64,000 bases of DNA from Podarcis erhardii (Eukaryota): NCBI GenBank assembly GCA_964252035.1, contig OZ176214.1. One strand, given 5' to 3'. Every line of letters starts with the position of its first letter. The stretch's first letter is position 1. Shown one piece after another: positions 50,138 through 64,000 of the stretch. Below the pieces are notes generated by a model, which had not been told where the DNA came from, ran no database searches, and saw nothing but the letters and a program-made list of their open reading frames with translations. The translations under genes and the position numbers were made by a program.

Positions 50138-50506
50138 TTAAGACAACAGCCAAAAGAGTTTTTCTATTTTAAAATTCTAGGTGCTTCCAGACCTAGGTGC
50201 TGTTTTGTGGATGATATTCAAGCAGAAACAGGCAAATTCAACTAATGCAATTAAAGTGGATTTGACGCTCTTGTGCAACAAACCCACTTCCAAAATAAAA
50301 CAAAATAAGACTTTTGTGGTAAAGAAAGCAATGGGAAAATGACTGAAAATCATGAGATAACTGCTTGATGCAACATTGCGTAACCTACCCATACATTTAA
50401 GATAACAAATCAGATGAATGCTCAACAAACAGATTCTCTGGAAGCACTGTAAGTTAAACTATAGAGACTAGATAAAAGAACAACCAGCAAAAAGTTAATT
50501 CAATTA

Positions 50507-50727
50507 CTGTATTTTTTGCTCTATAAGACGCACCTGACCATAAGATGCACCTAGTTTTTGGAGAAGGAAAACAAGAAAAAAAATATTCTGAATCCCAGAA
50601 GCCAGAATAGCAAGAGGGATCGCTGCAGCGATAGCTGTGCAGCCTGCATTCGCTCCATAAGATGCACACACATTTCCCCTTACTTTTTAGGAGGGGAAAA
50701 GTGCATCTTATAGAGCAAAAAATACGG
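50507..50727. mobile_element. Tc1/mariner MITE, 221 bp
   Basis: TA|ctgtattttttgctctataagacgcac ... gtgcatcttatagagcaaaaaatacgg|TA. Confidence 0.9.
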
Positions 50728-50733
50728 TATTTA

Positions 50734-51138
<405 letters not shown>

Positions 51139-51568
51139 TCAAACCAGGTTTAGACTGTGCAGTTCAAATCCAAATGTGCACATTCTGACTGCAATGCATT
51201 CATCCAAAGCCCACTGAAATGTCAGGAGAAAACTTTACGGTTTTAACTTCCACTCTATGCCCTTTGTTGAGTGCTAGCACTAAAAATGTTTCATCTGGTA
51301 GAAAGGTTAAAAAGGTTTCTTAACCTAGATGACATTGGAATAGTAGCCTAAGGTGCAATACATTAAGCCCTACATAAGAATTATTCAGATACACTTGAGG
51401 ATGTACAGCAGCAGGACCATATTTGGGGTGCTTCTTGCACTGGTTCTTTAGAATACAAAATTAGGAGAAATGCATTTAGTCAGTTATTGCTCCCTATATA
51501 ATTACTCGTAGCTATATAATTACTTGTAGCTTTAACATATTAACTGGCACATATATGAAATATACTTA

Positions 51569-51709
<141 letters not shown>

Positions 51710-52119
51710 CTATAGAAATATTTTTTTATAAAGGTGAGTGTTGAGAAAAAATACCATTCCTGCTTATACTAGTACAGTCTGGCAATCTAAAAAGGCAACA
51801 GGAAACAGGAATCTCATTCATTTTAAACAGCTTAGTTTTTCCTTAGTTGTGCAATGCTTACTGTATAGTCTAGTTAATCTATTTATGGTCAATGTTAGCC
51901 GGGAGCCATTCTGCGTACGCAGAAGCTGAAATGCACAATGGAAAAATTGAGCTTTCCTCCCTTTCCCTCTGAGCTATGCTATTTCAACAAGATTTTAGTA
52001 TAGCACACTGGTTTTTAATGTTTAAGAAATAGTTACAACAGTGTCTAATTTGCATCACTATAGTATCTGAGGACAACCTTCAAGGTCTGCAGTTCTAACC
52101 ACCCCATTCTTTTCTTTTT

Positions 52120-52120
<1 letters not shown>

Positions 52121-52165
<45 letters not shown>

Positions 52166-54660
52166 TTTATTTATATCCCGCCTTCCCCAGCCGAAGCCAG
52201 GCTCAGGGCGGCTAACAACAATAAAACAGTACAAAAGTACAGCACAAACAACATTCTAAAATCATTCATTATAAAATTAATTAAATTCAAGCCACTGGCC
52301 ACCATTGGGCCAGAGCTCCGCGAAGATTGCTGAAGGAGGGAGTCAGGCTGTGCCCTGGCCAAAGGCCTGGCGGAACAGCTCTGTCTTGCAGGCCCTGCGG
52401 AAAGATGTCAAGTCCCGCAGGGCCCTAGTCTCTTGTGACAGAGTGTTCCACCAGGTCGGAGCCACAGCTGAAAAAGCCCTGGCTCTAGTTGAGGCCAGCC
52501 TAACTTCTCTGTGGCCTGGGACCTTCAAGATGTTTTTATTTGAAGACCATAAGTTTCTCTGTGAGGCATACCAGGAGAGGCGGTCCCGTAGGTACGAGGG
52601 TCCTAGGCCGTATAGGGCTTTAAAGGTTAAAACCAGCACCTTAAACCTGATCCTGTACTCCACCGGGAGCCAGTGCAGCTGGTATAGCACCGGGTGAATG
52701 TGATCTCGCAGCGAAGACCCCGTAAGGAGTCTCGCTGCAGCATTCTGCACCCGCTGGAGTTTCTGGGTCAGTCTCAAGGGCAGCCCCACGTAGAGCGAGT
52801 TACTATAATCCAGTCTGGAGGTGACCGTCGTGTGGATCACAGTGGCTAGGTCAGGGCGAGAGAGGTAAGGAGCCAACTGCTTAGCTTGGCGGAGATGGAA
52901 AAATGCCGCCTTTGTTATAGCTGCAATCTGCGCCTCCATGGAAAGGGAGGTGTCGAAGATTACACCCAAACTCTTAAATGACAGTGCTGGCACTAATTGC
53001 GCCCCCGCAAGAGATGGGAGTTGCCCCCCCAATCCCATATCGTCCCGTCCCAGCCACAGGACCTCTGTCTTCGAAGGATTTAGCTTCAACCGGCTCCCAC
53101 GTAACCATCCAGCCACAGCTTCCAAACATCTGGTCAGTGTGTCTGGGGCCAAGTCAGGATGGCCATCCATCAACAGATAGAGTTGGGTGTCATCGGCATA
53201 CTGATGGCAACCCAGCCCAAAACTCCGGACAAGCTGGGCGAGGGGGCGCATAAAGATGTTGAAAAGCATCGGGGAGAGTATTGCACCCTGAGGTACCAAG
53301 GAGTGGCGCGATGACAATTCCCCCCCAAGTGCCACCCTCTGTCCCCGACCAGAGAGAAACGAGCGCAGCCATTGAAGGACTGTGCCCTGGATCCCCACGT
53401 CAGCAAGGCGGTGGTCCAGAAGTTCGTGATCGACCATGTCGAAAGCTGCTGACAGACCTAGAAGAATCAGCAGCCCCGACCCGCCTCAATCCAGCTGTCT
53501 ACGAAGATCATCTGTTAGGGCAACCAGAGCCGTCTCGGTCCCATGACCAGCGCGGAAGCCGGACTGGAATGGATCCAGAGCCGATGTTTCATCCAGAAAC
53601 CCACCAAGCTGTTCAGCAACCGCTCTCTCCATCACCATACCCAGGAACGGAAGATTCGAAACCAGGCGGTAATTGGATAGATCTAAAGGATCTAATGATG
53701 TATTCTTTAAGAGCGGGCGCACCACTGCCTCCTTCAGTTCCCCTGGGAATGTCCCTGTGCCAAGGGACAAATTGATGATATCCCCCAGGAGGGCCTGCAC
53801 CTCGTCTGGACACGCTCTAATCAGCCAAGACAGGCACGGGTCGAGAGGACAGGTGGTGGGCTTTCCAGCTCGGAGGAGTCTGTCCACATCGGCTGGGGAT
53901 ATCCGGTCGAAGTGGTCCAATACTGGACCTGAGGACAGTCGAGGGGCCTCCAGTTCCTTTTTGTATCCAAACTGGCAGGGAGGTCATGACAGAGCAACAA
54001 GACCTTCTCCGCAAAAAAGCTCGCAAATGCCTCACAGCTGTGTGTCAAATTGTTATTTAAATTTGGCTGTCCCTCAAGGGACGTTAAAGACCTGATTATA
54101 CTAAATAATTGCGCCGGGCGAGAGCTAGCAGATGCAATGGAGGCCGAGAAGTAGGACTTCTTAGCAGCCTTCACCACCATCTCGTAGGTTTTCATAAAAG
54201 CCCTATAAGATGTTCTTGCGGCTCCGTCACGGGCACCCCGCCATACTCACTCTAGCCGTCTGAGGTCCCGCTTCGTTTTTCAGAGCTCCTCGGTAAACCA
54301 GGGAGCCCGGTTTCTGCGGGGTCGCAGAGGGCGCTTCGGTGTGATCTCATCGATGGCTGCCAGGAGCTGGATATTCCAGCCCTCAACAAGCTCAGTCAAT
54401 GAGTCGCCAGGGGGAGCAAGGTCCCGCAAGGCTTGGCAGAATCTATCAGGGTCCATCAGCCTCTGCGGGCAAGCCCAAATCGGCTCGCCACCTAAGCAGG
54501 GTGGGGGTGGAAAGTCAATCCTGGCTTTCAGAGCGTAGTGATCAAACCATGGCACCTTCATCGAAGGAGACATGATCACATCTATACCTACGCCAAAGAT
54601 CAAATCCAGCGTGTGGCCTGCTTGATGTGTGGGGCCCGAAACAAACTGGGAGAGTCCTAG
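52121..54660 (-). mobile_element. 5'-truncated L2 LINE (about 2.5 kb) in an ACSL4 intron, sense to the host gene
   Basis: Minus-strand ORFs contain RT motifs PQGAILSP and YADD (52343-53437), the upstream RT region (53486-53920) and the end of the APE endonuclease (VPWFDHYAL, 54280-54603). (TTA)n tail at 52121-52165. Broken by stops and frameshifts. Confidence 0.92.
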
Positions 54661-55564
54661 TGTTGTTTAAAAAAAAACCTCATAAAGGAGTTTTCCAATT
54701 GCCCCAGCACTGACTTTTATTTTCTGAGCATGCTACTTTATATGGGTCAGACTTATGGGACACTCATGAAACTTAATGAAGTAAGTTCTTTTTCTGCAAG
54801 TTGGACTTTCTGCCATAGCTTGCATTAGGTCTTTCACAGTGCAGTCATGTACATATCTATTCAGGAGCAAATCCCAGTGAAATACAACGGAGCCTACTCT
54901 TTGGAAAGTGGACATAGTTTTGTAGCCTCAATTGCTGGTTAAAATCACAATATTTTGTGGTGGCAGGGAATGAAGATAAGTTAGGTTGCCTATATTCAAC
55001 AGCAAGTCAGCTATGTAAATTACTAGCTGCTAAGATATCTATAGCAATAGCATGGATTATTTGCACTCAATCATGCACTCAAATATCCCAGACTCAAGGA
55101 CCAAATATAATTCTAAAATGTATAATATATATATTGGATTGCAATCCTATGCACAAACTTATTGGGGAAGATATGTCACTGTACCTTTTAACTACTAAAT
55201 TAAAATAAAAAGTTACCATACAGATTCACTCTACTTCTTAGTGTTGAGGCTGTTGGGAGTGAATGATATGGAAAATAAAAGGAGACTTCTGGTTTGGGCT
55301 TGCCATGGCGGAGGCTATTGATTACATCTCTGCCGTTTTGCGCAGGACATTTTGAGGATGAGGTGGAAGTAACCATCCTTCCAACCACCCCAGGGCCGGG
55401 GGGGGGGAGGCAGCTTCATCCGCAGATCGCCCAACACCTGCCCCCCAATCTGGTAGGAATGAGGGGGCGCTGGGTGGAAAACACTTTGTGTCTCTTTGGC
55501 AACTCTCCAAAGTCGCCACCATGAGCGAAGAAACTCCTGTTTTTTAAGAGATAATTCAGACTTA

Positions 55565-56261
55565 CCGTATTTTTCACACCATAGGACGCACCGGACAATA
55601 GGACGCACCTTGTTTTAGAGGGGGGCGAACAAGAAAAAAAAAATCTCCCCCTCTTGTTTTCCCGCTCTAAAACAAGGTGCCGACCCCTTTCCCTCTCCAG
55701 GCTTCAGGTTCCTTTCGACCTGGTGGTGGGGAAGCCAACCACCAGCCCCAAAGAGCAGGTCAGGGAGCAGCGGAAAGGCACAGCGGAGAGGCTGCTGCCA
55801 TAGTTGCGCGTCACCTCTCCAGCTGGGAGAGGGTCGCAGGGCTATGGCTTCTTTTGCTCCGCGCGCGCTCTCCCGGTTGGAGAGGTGACGCGCGGCTATA
55901 GAGGCTCCAGCCATAGCCGTGCGTCACCTCTCCAGCCGGGAGAGGGTCGCGGGGGGCTTCTTTTGCCCTGCGCGCGCTCTCCCGGCTGGAGAACTGACAC
56001 ACAGCTATGGAGGCTCCTGCCATAGCCGCGCGTCACCTCTCCAGCCAGGAGAGGGTCGCGGGGGGCTTCTTTTGCCCCGCGCGCACTCTCCCGGCTGGAG
56101 AGGTGACGCGCGGCTATGGAGGCTCCTGCCATAGCCGCGCGTCACCTCTCCAGCCGGGAGAGGGTCGCGGGGCTATGGCGTCTTCGCTCCATAGGACGCA
56201 CACACATTTCCCCTTCATTTTTGAAGGGGGAAAAGTACGTCCTATAGAGCGAAAAATACGG
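55565..56261. mobile_element. Tc1/mariner MITE (697 bp) with an internal palindromic tandem array
   Basis: TA|ccgtatttttcacaccataggacgcac ... cgtcctatagagcgaaaaatacgg|TA. TIRs resemble those of 50507-50727. Confidence 0.9.
55797..56180. repeat. About 3.5 copies of a 109-113 bp GC-rich unit, each built from about 34-bp inverted arms
   Basis: gccatag recurs at 55797, 55910, 56019 and 56128. The arm gccatagccgcgcgtcacctctccagccgggagag alternates with its reverse complement. Confidence 0.9.
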
Positions 56262-57053
56262 TAATTAACGAGCATGCTCTGAGTGAGGGGAGATAAACTA
56301 CTCTGCCAACTGATTCAGCCACTAAGGAGCTAAATGATTTGAGTGGAAGAGAGATTATCTTTACTATGAAACTGGTATGTCAGAATGGAAAGGGGGGGGA
56401 GGGAACCACCTTTGTTTCTTTTTGATATACTGCGTATTTGCTATTTTACTTGGCAAATCCCCCTGGAAAGTCTGAATACCGATTGATTATGTATGCAAGT
56501 GAGACTGGACTGTATCGTAATATTGATATAATTTTGATCTAATTATTAACTGTGTGGAAATATTTACGAACTTGCAATTAATTCTGATGGGACTGTTAAG
56601 AGCGAAATATGGGAACTGAGGCTTCTAGCCAAAGTACAGGCTTATCTGTTCTGGTATGGTATGAGACGAAACGGAAAGGTTTGGACATATGCCTGTAACA
56701 ATTGACAGAAAGCCAGATTTCTTCCATTTTGGGATGTATTGTATTGGGTAACAACTGGCATGAAGAAGCCAAAGTGAAAAACATGGAAGAAAATAAACAC
56801 CCACACAGAAACATACTGTTTTGATATAACTTGCTTGCTGGACGAACTCAGAGGCTGTGAAAATGAACGAAGGATTAACATCGGATTGATTTATGGGAAC
56901 CACCTGGACTAATTAAAAAAGCAGCGCAAATTTGAGATGATGGCAATCCTCCAACCTCAGAGCATAGGAAGTCAAACAAAGATTTGTGGTTTGGCTTAAT
57001 ATTTGGACTGTTTGGATATTTTAAAATTCGGAATATCTTTAATGTGGCCTTTA

Positions 57054-57263
<210 letters not shown>

Positions 57264-57941
57264 TTAATAGCCCTAAGACTGCCACATTCCAAAAACAATT
57301 ACTTTATTCCATTCAGTGAAAGAGAATGAACCTCAAAAACACAAGGAAGCCCACTAACAATACACTTTTCAATACTAAAAGAAACAGCAAAGTTGTATGT
57401 GGTTATCTGCAGGCCTTGAAGCAACTAAGTAATGAGACAAAATACTGAGGAGTGGTGCTCTTTGAAACCTAGCTTAAATCCATTTATTCACACAATAAGG
57501 GAGCTGCAAAACTTTTCCTGGCATCACAGATCTGTGCATGCTATTCAGTTAGTGAGCAAGATAAATATTATTTATTGCATGTTCAACATATTATAGTGCG
57601 TCAGGGTAAGCAACTGATGGGCTTGCCTGTTCAAGACACTCCATTATATACACATATATATGGGCAGGCTGTTAAGAGTGCTATAGATGGGTACAATTCT
57701 TTTTATTTAGTTGTAAAGCTGATCCTAAAGATGACTATGGGTGGTGAGGGGTGGATTATGCTGTTGAACTAGATTTTTCTAAAACCAGTTTCCTGAGCAA
57801 GGTTTCCTGAGTGCCTTTTTGGATGTTACACTTTCTTACACTAGCCACTAATGCGCTTTGAACATTTCAATGTGGCAAGACTAGGATTGCTAATCATCTC
57901 CATGCTATTCACAACTGTTGTGTTAATTCAACTGAATGTTA

Positions 57942-58133
<192 letters not shown>

Positions 58134-58159
58134 TTATGTGATTCAGTATAGCATGCAGG

Positions 58160-58420
58160 TTATCTGAACTTAAAAAGAGCCCTGCTGAATCAGGTCAAAG
58201 GCCCATCCAGTCCAGCACTCTGTTCTCAAATTAGCCAACCAAATGTCCATGGAAAGCTTGCATGCAGAACTTTAGTGCGGCAGCACTTCCTCCACCAGTG
58301 ATTCCCAGCAATTCTTGTTCAGAGGCATACTGCCTCTGACAGTGGAGGTATAACATAGCCATTGTGAAGACTAACCTCCGATAGCTTTGCCCTCTGTGAA
58401 TTTGTCTAATCCTCTTTTTA
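58160..58420 (-). mobile_element. Older CR1-type LINE 3' end in an ACSL4 intron
   Basis: aaagagccctgctgaatcaggtcaaaggcccatccagtccagcactctgttctc, reverse complement of the family at 31370-31640. Confidence 0.7.
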
Positions 58421-59677
58421 TAAAGCGCAGATAACAGTTTTTATTCTACATTCCTTTTTCATAATTGAGGGCTTCTTGGATCTATGTTCTCTAACATATA
58501 GCCAGGCACATTAGATTACTTAACAGATGAAAGCTTTAAAAACATCTCACCAGTGGAAAGAATTTTGAACCTACTATTCAACTTCCTGGACTTGTCAATT
58601 ATTTTCAAGCAGAGTATTCTCTCCAGCTTGGAGACATCAGGTTAAAATAGGTTTCCACTGTTGTTTTATTATTGCCCTTCTTAAGGCTACAACAGGTTTC
58701 CATTTAAAGTATGTTTCTATTCTCCCACTTCCTCACCAATAGTCTTCCAGACAATAAAAAAAATAAACCTTCCCTTTGGTGCATTCATGTCAATTCCAAG
58801 ATGTAACCAATTTCCAAAATACTGGTGAAGTATCAGCCACCAGCACTTAGGTTTCCTTTGTCTGGTCTTCTCCCCACATATCTAGCACAGTTTGGTGGGG
58901 CCCCATATATGATGCCCAAAAAGTCTATTACAAAATCCTCAGACTAGTATTCAAACATTTCAGACCTCTGTTTTATAAATGGTTTGTTTGTTTTCCATTC
59001 CTATGTCTCCCCCTTAACTTTAGCAGCACCAGAGTTAAATACTCTATCACTACTGTTGCTGTAGTAAAGCCTTAGAATGATCCTGTCCAAGGTGCAAGGT
59101 TATAATCCAGTAAGAAGCAAGTAAATAGCCAAAGTATGAACCTAGGATCAATAAATAACATTTCCTAGGAAAAGCACATAACTTTTATCTTATACAGAAT
59201 AATTTATCTCTTCTTTTGAACACTGTTCTGTTTAACCCATTCTAGTCCTTGTCAGTTAAGTCTCATGCTAATGATTCAGCCAGAGTGCAATCCCCCTCTC
59301 TATCTGCTGGGGGTAGGATGTAAAAACACATAGAGAAAGGAATGGAAAGTGATAGGAAGAGAGTTTAGAATGGGCCAACCTAATCCTCTCTGCCCTCCCT
59401 CCTTGCTTGTCCATCAGTAGCTGCAGTTAACAGCAAGTGCCACCCACCCACATGAACTTTAATAATTGCTAAGTGACAGGTGAGAGGAAGCACCAAAAAG
59501 GCGTTAATTGGCCCAATTCCTCTGGTTGCCATGCTGTTGACAGCTATGCTGCTATGCCCTGATCCTCCATGGGGAGAAAGCGGGATTGCACCATAAATGA
59601 TTACAGAAAGACAGTGTTGCCTTTAAAAATGGAGTTTGAGTTTTTGATATACATCTTTGAAAAACAGGAAATGCTTA

Positions 59678-59857
<180 letters not shown>

Positions 59858-61585
59858 TTACAGATCAGTACATCACAGAAAATGAATTAAACTGTATTTT
59901 ATATTTGATGCCACTTAGCTGAAAAACAAGGTATAAACAAAATTTATAAAGAAATTTGACTGTAAGTGCTTTCTCTGTGTGGGAAACCAAAACCCGAATA
60001 CTCTTATCTGCATTCCTATAAAAGGTCAAAAAGTCCCAGAAGTTTCTGTCTCTTAGCTTAGAACTAATTGGAAGGGCTTCTTTCTAGCAATGGAAATTTC
60101 CAAAGCAACTTTAATCTCACTGGGAAGAAAGTAGTGAAAGACTAAGATATGTGACACATCTACATGCCATTTTTATGTTGATGTTAAATCAAAAGTATCC
60201 TGCTTGGAGAAGGGCTCAAATAGTTCTCAGGAACGGGATCCATACCCTGCTGGTGTCGTTTTGATTATATCCATTCCTGCTGAACAGGATGAATGGTTCT
60301 GGCTATGAGTGAAAAATAGGCTTCATCTTTATTGACAAATTAGCTGGTTGACTGGGTGCTTTGTTTGCCCCTCTGCCAAGGCTTCAGGTGGACTTGAAAG
60401 AACTATCAACTTATAGCTGACATCTGGAAGTTTCAGTTGTTTTCCTGATGCTTTGCTCCAATGTAAGCACAGAGGAACAGGATAAAGCTCTTCCACTGAA
60501 GGTGACTGTCATGAGGCAAGTTTTAAAATGAATGCGAGTGGTGCTGTGAACCTGGAATCCAGCAGTGACCAGCACACCAGGTCAGAGGCTACAGTGTCAC
60601 TAGCAAAGGAACCAGACCAGATTCCTGGCTTTGAGCCTGATGCTAGGACCACTTAATTTGAGGCTTGCAGGCAGGAGCCCATTGAACTAGCTCCTATAGC
60701 AGCAGGACTGAAATAAAACCAAATCCAGTATTCTTATAGGTGTATTTCCTGGGCCTGAGGGCCTACACACTTCTCCCACTACCTCACCACTTTACTGCCA
60801 CAAGGACTACACCAAGTGATAAGCCATGAACTGCAGGAGATTGTCTGTCTTCAGGCCAGAGAGTTAGTATTTTAAGAAGGAAAGAACAGAGGTGGATTGG
60901 AGGCAAAGGCACAAGAGGTTTCAATTCACTTCCAACCCTTGTCAGAATAAATTGTTCACTAGTCTTCCTTGGTGGTGTGAGAACCAATCTTGCCTTGCCT
61001 TGTGGGCTCATATGCGGGACCAGAACAGGACAAGTATGGAATATACCCTGGGGTAGTAATTCTGTCCACCTACCAAAGCTTTAGACGTGGGAACTGAGGG
61101 AGACAGTGACCAAGCAGAATTAAAATCCCTGCACAGGGAATTCAGTCCTGCTTTCTGCAGCTGATCCAGCCACATATCTGCCTGTCCTACATCCAACTTC
61201 ACATATGACATCAATGTGGGAGAGGTGAGCATGGTTTTTGGAAAATTTGTCAGCCTGGTGGACCAAATGGGACCCCATCCCTGGAATATTGCATTATCAA
61301 AATTTTAATACTCTACTCACTGGAATGAGAATAGCCAATCTAGAGTGCCTGTGGAATGCCCCCTCTTTAGCAGTGCAACTGGTGGTGACATTGTTATTAT
61401 TTCAGCAGCATGTAAGGACTTACTTGACGCAGCATTTTAAGAATTTGATAGTTTGATTTTACCTGCTACTGTACTTTGATTATATCTGCTTCTATTTATT
61501 CACATGCACAGTTTTATAAGATTATTGTATGGCTTATTTCTATTATGTACTGTACAGTATATATCACCCTCATATCTATAGAGAT

Positions 61586-61900
61586 CAGTGTTGGGGAACC
61601 AACTGCAAGCCCAAGGGCCAAATGTGGCCTTCTCTATCTGGCCCCTGGGACACTCTCCAGACCACACCCATCCCACAGGCCAAACCTTCCTTTACTCATT
61701 TAACCTGGGCTGAAATGTGTTACTGAACTGTGATAATGCCGCTTGCCTGAAAGGAGGCTGAAGAGATGTGTGGTAGTTATAGAAACCTCATGGCTAGAAT
61801 GTAAGATACTGTACAAGGGTAAGAGTCACACCATTGCTTTGCCCACTTTTGCATCTGGACCCACCACCACAGGTATTTGGCTCCCAAAAAAGTTGCCCAT
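61586..61900. mobile_element. hAT (Charlie-like) MITE, diverged
   Basis: Termini cagtgttggggaacc / aaaaagttgcccat with a gggccaaatgtggcc sub-terminal motif. Confidence 0.5.
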
Positions 61901-62146
61901 AAGGCAATGTGTCTCTTGGGCTGAAAAGAGTTTCCTATCCTGATATAGATGAAGGATGGGCTAGAAACATTTTAAATAAATACACATGTGCATACAATAT
62001 TCAGGGAGAAGCTTATATTTTAAGCAGCTTACAGTTTCAAACTTCTTCCTCATGATTAACATATATTTACAACTTTGCTTACTACAGTGAAAGAGGTGTT
62101 TTATAGCTTTAAGCAGCTGTGATAGCCTTTCACATGGTCCACTTAC

Positions 62147-62285
62147 AGTTTTCTGATTTGGCTCCCAGTTCTTCTACTGCTTGCATGCTAAGGATCTCTA
62201 GTGTTTCGGGATAGTCTGACTTATTGATAGTCTTCTTGTCCACATAAATGATATGTCTGAGGCAGGGGATTTCTGACAAAACATT
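62147..62285 (-). CDS. ACSL4: ACSL4 coding exon (NVLSEIPCLRHIIYVDKKTINKSDYPETLEILSMQAVEELGAKSEN)
   Basis: Acceptor cttcatcag, donor gtaagt, 139 nt. Confidence 0.95.
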
Positions 62286-62612
62286 CTGATGAAGAAATAT
62301 TTGAAGGTTGATTACACAGTGTACAGCAAAGGATCTTAACATACTGCATGTTTATTTTGATACCTCTATCCTTATGATGGTTTGGGCTAGATCAGTGCTT
62401 TAAAAATCTACTCCCCTTACCTGCAGCCATTAAACATCCAGTCCAAATGGAAGCATATTTTTATATATTAGTTCATACCAGAAGTATGAAAACCTTCAAA
62501 TGAACCTTCAGAAGCTATCAATAATGTTTGCACTTTGGCTTTCCAGCTTTGTGCCCAAATCATGGTGGTCAGTATGCTACTTGTTTGTTTAGAATTTTCA
62601 AATAATTTCAAA

Positions 62613-63176
62613 GAATCATAGAATCATAGAGTTGGAAGAGACCACAAGGGCCATCGAGTCCAACCCCCTGCCAAGCAGGAAACACCATCAGAGCACTCCT
62701 GACATATGGTTGTCAAGCCTCTGCTTAAAGACCTCCAAAGAAGGAGACTCCACCACACTCCTTGGCAGCAAATTCCACTGTCGAACAGCTCTTACTGTCA
62801 GGAAGTTCTTCCTAATGTTTAGGTGGAATCTTCTTTCTTGGAGTTTGGAACCATTGCTCCGTGTCCGCTTCTCTGGAGCAGCAGAAAACAACCTTTCTCC
62901 CTCCTCTATGTGACATCCTTTTATATATTTGAACATGGCTATCATATCACCCCTTAACCTCCTCTTCTCCAGGCTAAACATGCCCAGCTCCCTTAGCTGT
63001 TCCTCATAAGGCATCGTTTCCAGGCCTTTGGCCATTTTGGTTGCCCTCCTCTGGACACGTTCCAGTTTGTCACTGTCCTTCTTGAACTGTGGTGCCCAGA
63101 ACTGGACACAGTACTCCAGGTGAGGTCTGACCAGAGCAGAATACAGTGGCACTATTACTTCCCTTGATCTAGATGC
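62613..63176 (-). mobile_element. Young 5'-truncated CR1 LINE
   Basis: Uninterrupted RT C-terminal ORF ([14 protein letters not shown]...[11 protein letters not shown]...[13 protein letters not shown]), (ATTCTATG)2 tail, possible 7-bp TSD caaagaa (62609-62615 and 63189-63195). Confidence 0.93.
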
Positions 63177-63410
63177 TTGATCTAGATGCAAAGAAGGGAA
63201 TTAATTGAGAGTCCCACTGATTTATAAGCCAAGACAATACTTTGCATCCCCACTACAAAATACACATAGCCACAAGTTAGTCCACATGATCTCCAGAATT
63301 TCAGCCTAATGATGAATCAGTTTTCCATGAAACTTAACAGCAACCCAACCCATATCTTTTGCAAGATTACTATTATTTATACCAAATGAAGATATCTCAT
63401 CAAGACTTAC

Positions 63411-63520
63411 CTTGAGTTTGCCTTCTAAAAGGTCTGTGCTAGTGATTAGATAAGATGCTCCAGATTCGTTCAGTCCATAGGTTACTGCATCTTCTCCAAG
63501 GGTCGCATATAAAGTAACAA
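63411..63520 (-). CDS. ACSL4: ACSL4 most 5' coding exon visible in the window ([36 protein letters not shown])
   Basis: Acceptor aaacag, donor gtaagt, 110 nt. Upstream exons lie outside the window. The twelve exons total 1607 nt in one continuous frame. Confidence 0.96.
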
Positions 63521-64000
63521 CTGTTTAACAGAAAGGGGGAGACTGCTTTAAAAAAAAAAAAGCTAAAACCAAATCTGTATTTCCTTAGCCATCATCAATT
63601 ATTTTGCATTGAGGAATGAGTAAAAGCATTCTGGTTTTTCATGTTCATTTTATGTTTCACATCTACTGCAAAAAAAAAAAAAAAACCACCACTATCCCAA
63701 AGAATAATAAACCTGACATACCAATGCAAAATTCTGAAATTTGTAAGAAAAATACAGTGACTATTCATGCAAATCAAGAGACTTCCAAATGACGACTGTG
63801 CTTACCCTTGTGTACATTTGAGTTTTACACAGAAACATCATGGACAGTAAACTCTGGCATTGTATTTTAAAGTTACATACCAGTTTTGATAACTAGGAGA
63901 TAACATTGCAGTGAGGGGGGAAATATAGGACCAGGAAAGGAGGGAACAAGGAGCCTGGGGATCAGAGTCCTATTTTTCAACAAACTTGCTCATATATGCC

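Noticed and set aside
52343-53437. 364-aa reverse transcriptase ORF as an active element or domesticated gene
   Set aside because: The L2 copy is 5'-truncated, split by stops and frameshifts, and appears to lack a few residues before the PQG motif.
55615-56264. Repetitive peptide ORFs, and a possible CRISPR-like array
   Set aside because: The ORFs are translations of the MITE internal tandem array. The units have no unique spacers, there are no cas genes, and the DNA is vertebrate.
63795-63830. Another ACSL4 exon ending at the donor-like gtaagc near 63805
   Set aside because: The upstream reading does not match the expected preceding ACSL4 peptide (ending ...CFKYNFP). Probably a chance donor motif.

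Overview
Eukaryotic DNA from a squamate reptile, most likely a lacertid lizard (inferred from the Sauria-SINE and MITE repertoire). It covers the conserved NXT2 - KCNE5 - ACSL4 gene block, the orthologue of human Xq23. Three protein-coding genes can be built by hand with GT-AG junctions and consistent reading phase: NXT2 (+, 4 coding exons, 142 aa, CpG-island promoter near 21 kb), the intronless KCNE5 (-, 152 aa, CpG island) and the last 12 coding exons of ACSL4 (-; its 5' exons lie beyond the window). The rest is intron or intergenic DNA full of transposable elements: L2, CR1, RTE and L1-type LINE remnants, Sauria and tRNA-derived SINEs, and hAT-type and Tc1/mariner-type MITEs, often nested. 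The most unusual observation is a pair of TSD-flanked, apparently complete non-autonomous retroelements (about 2.27 kb with only an L1 ORF1-like region, and about 1.12 kb). Their bodies look unrelated, but they share a 5' motif and an identical 17-nt 3' motif. Also notable are an LTR-like insert flanked by a 35-bp duplication, a four-element nested insertion, a MITE carrying a palindromic tandem array, and possible Z-linkage. I found no prokaryotic systems, CRISPR arrays, rRNA or true tRNA genes, and no evidence of a wholly new protein-coding system. All coordinates were read by eye. Repeat family names come from recognition, not database searches.
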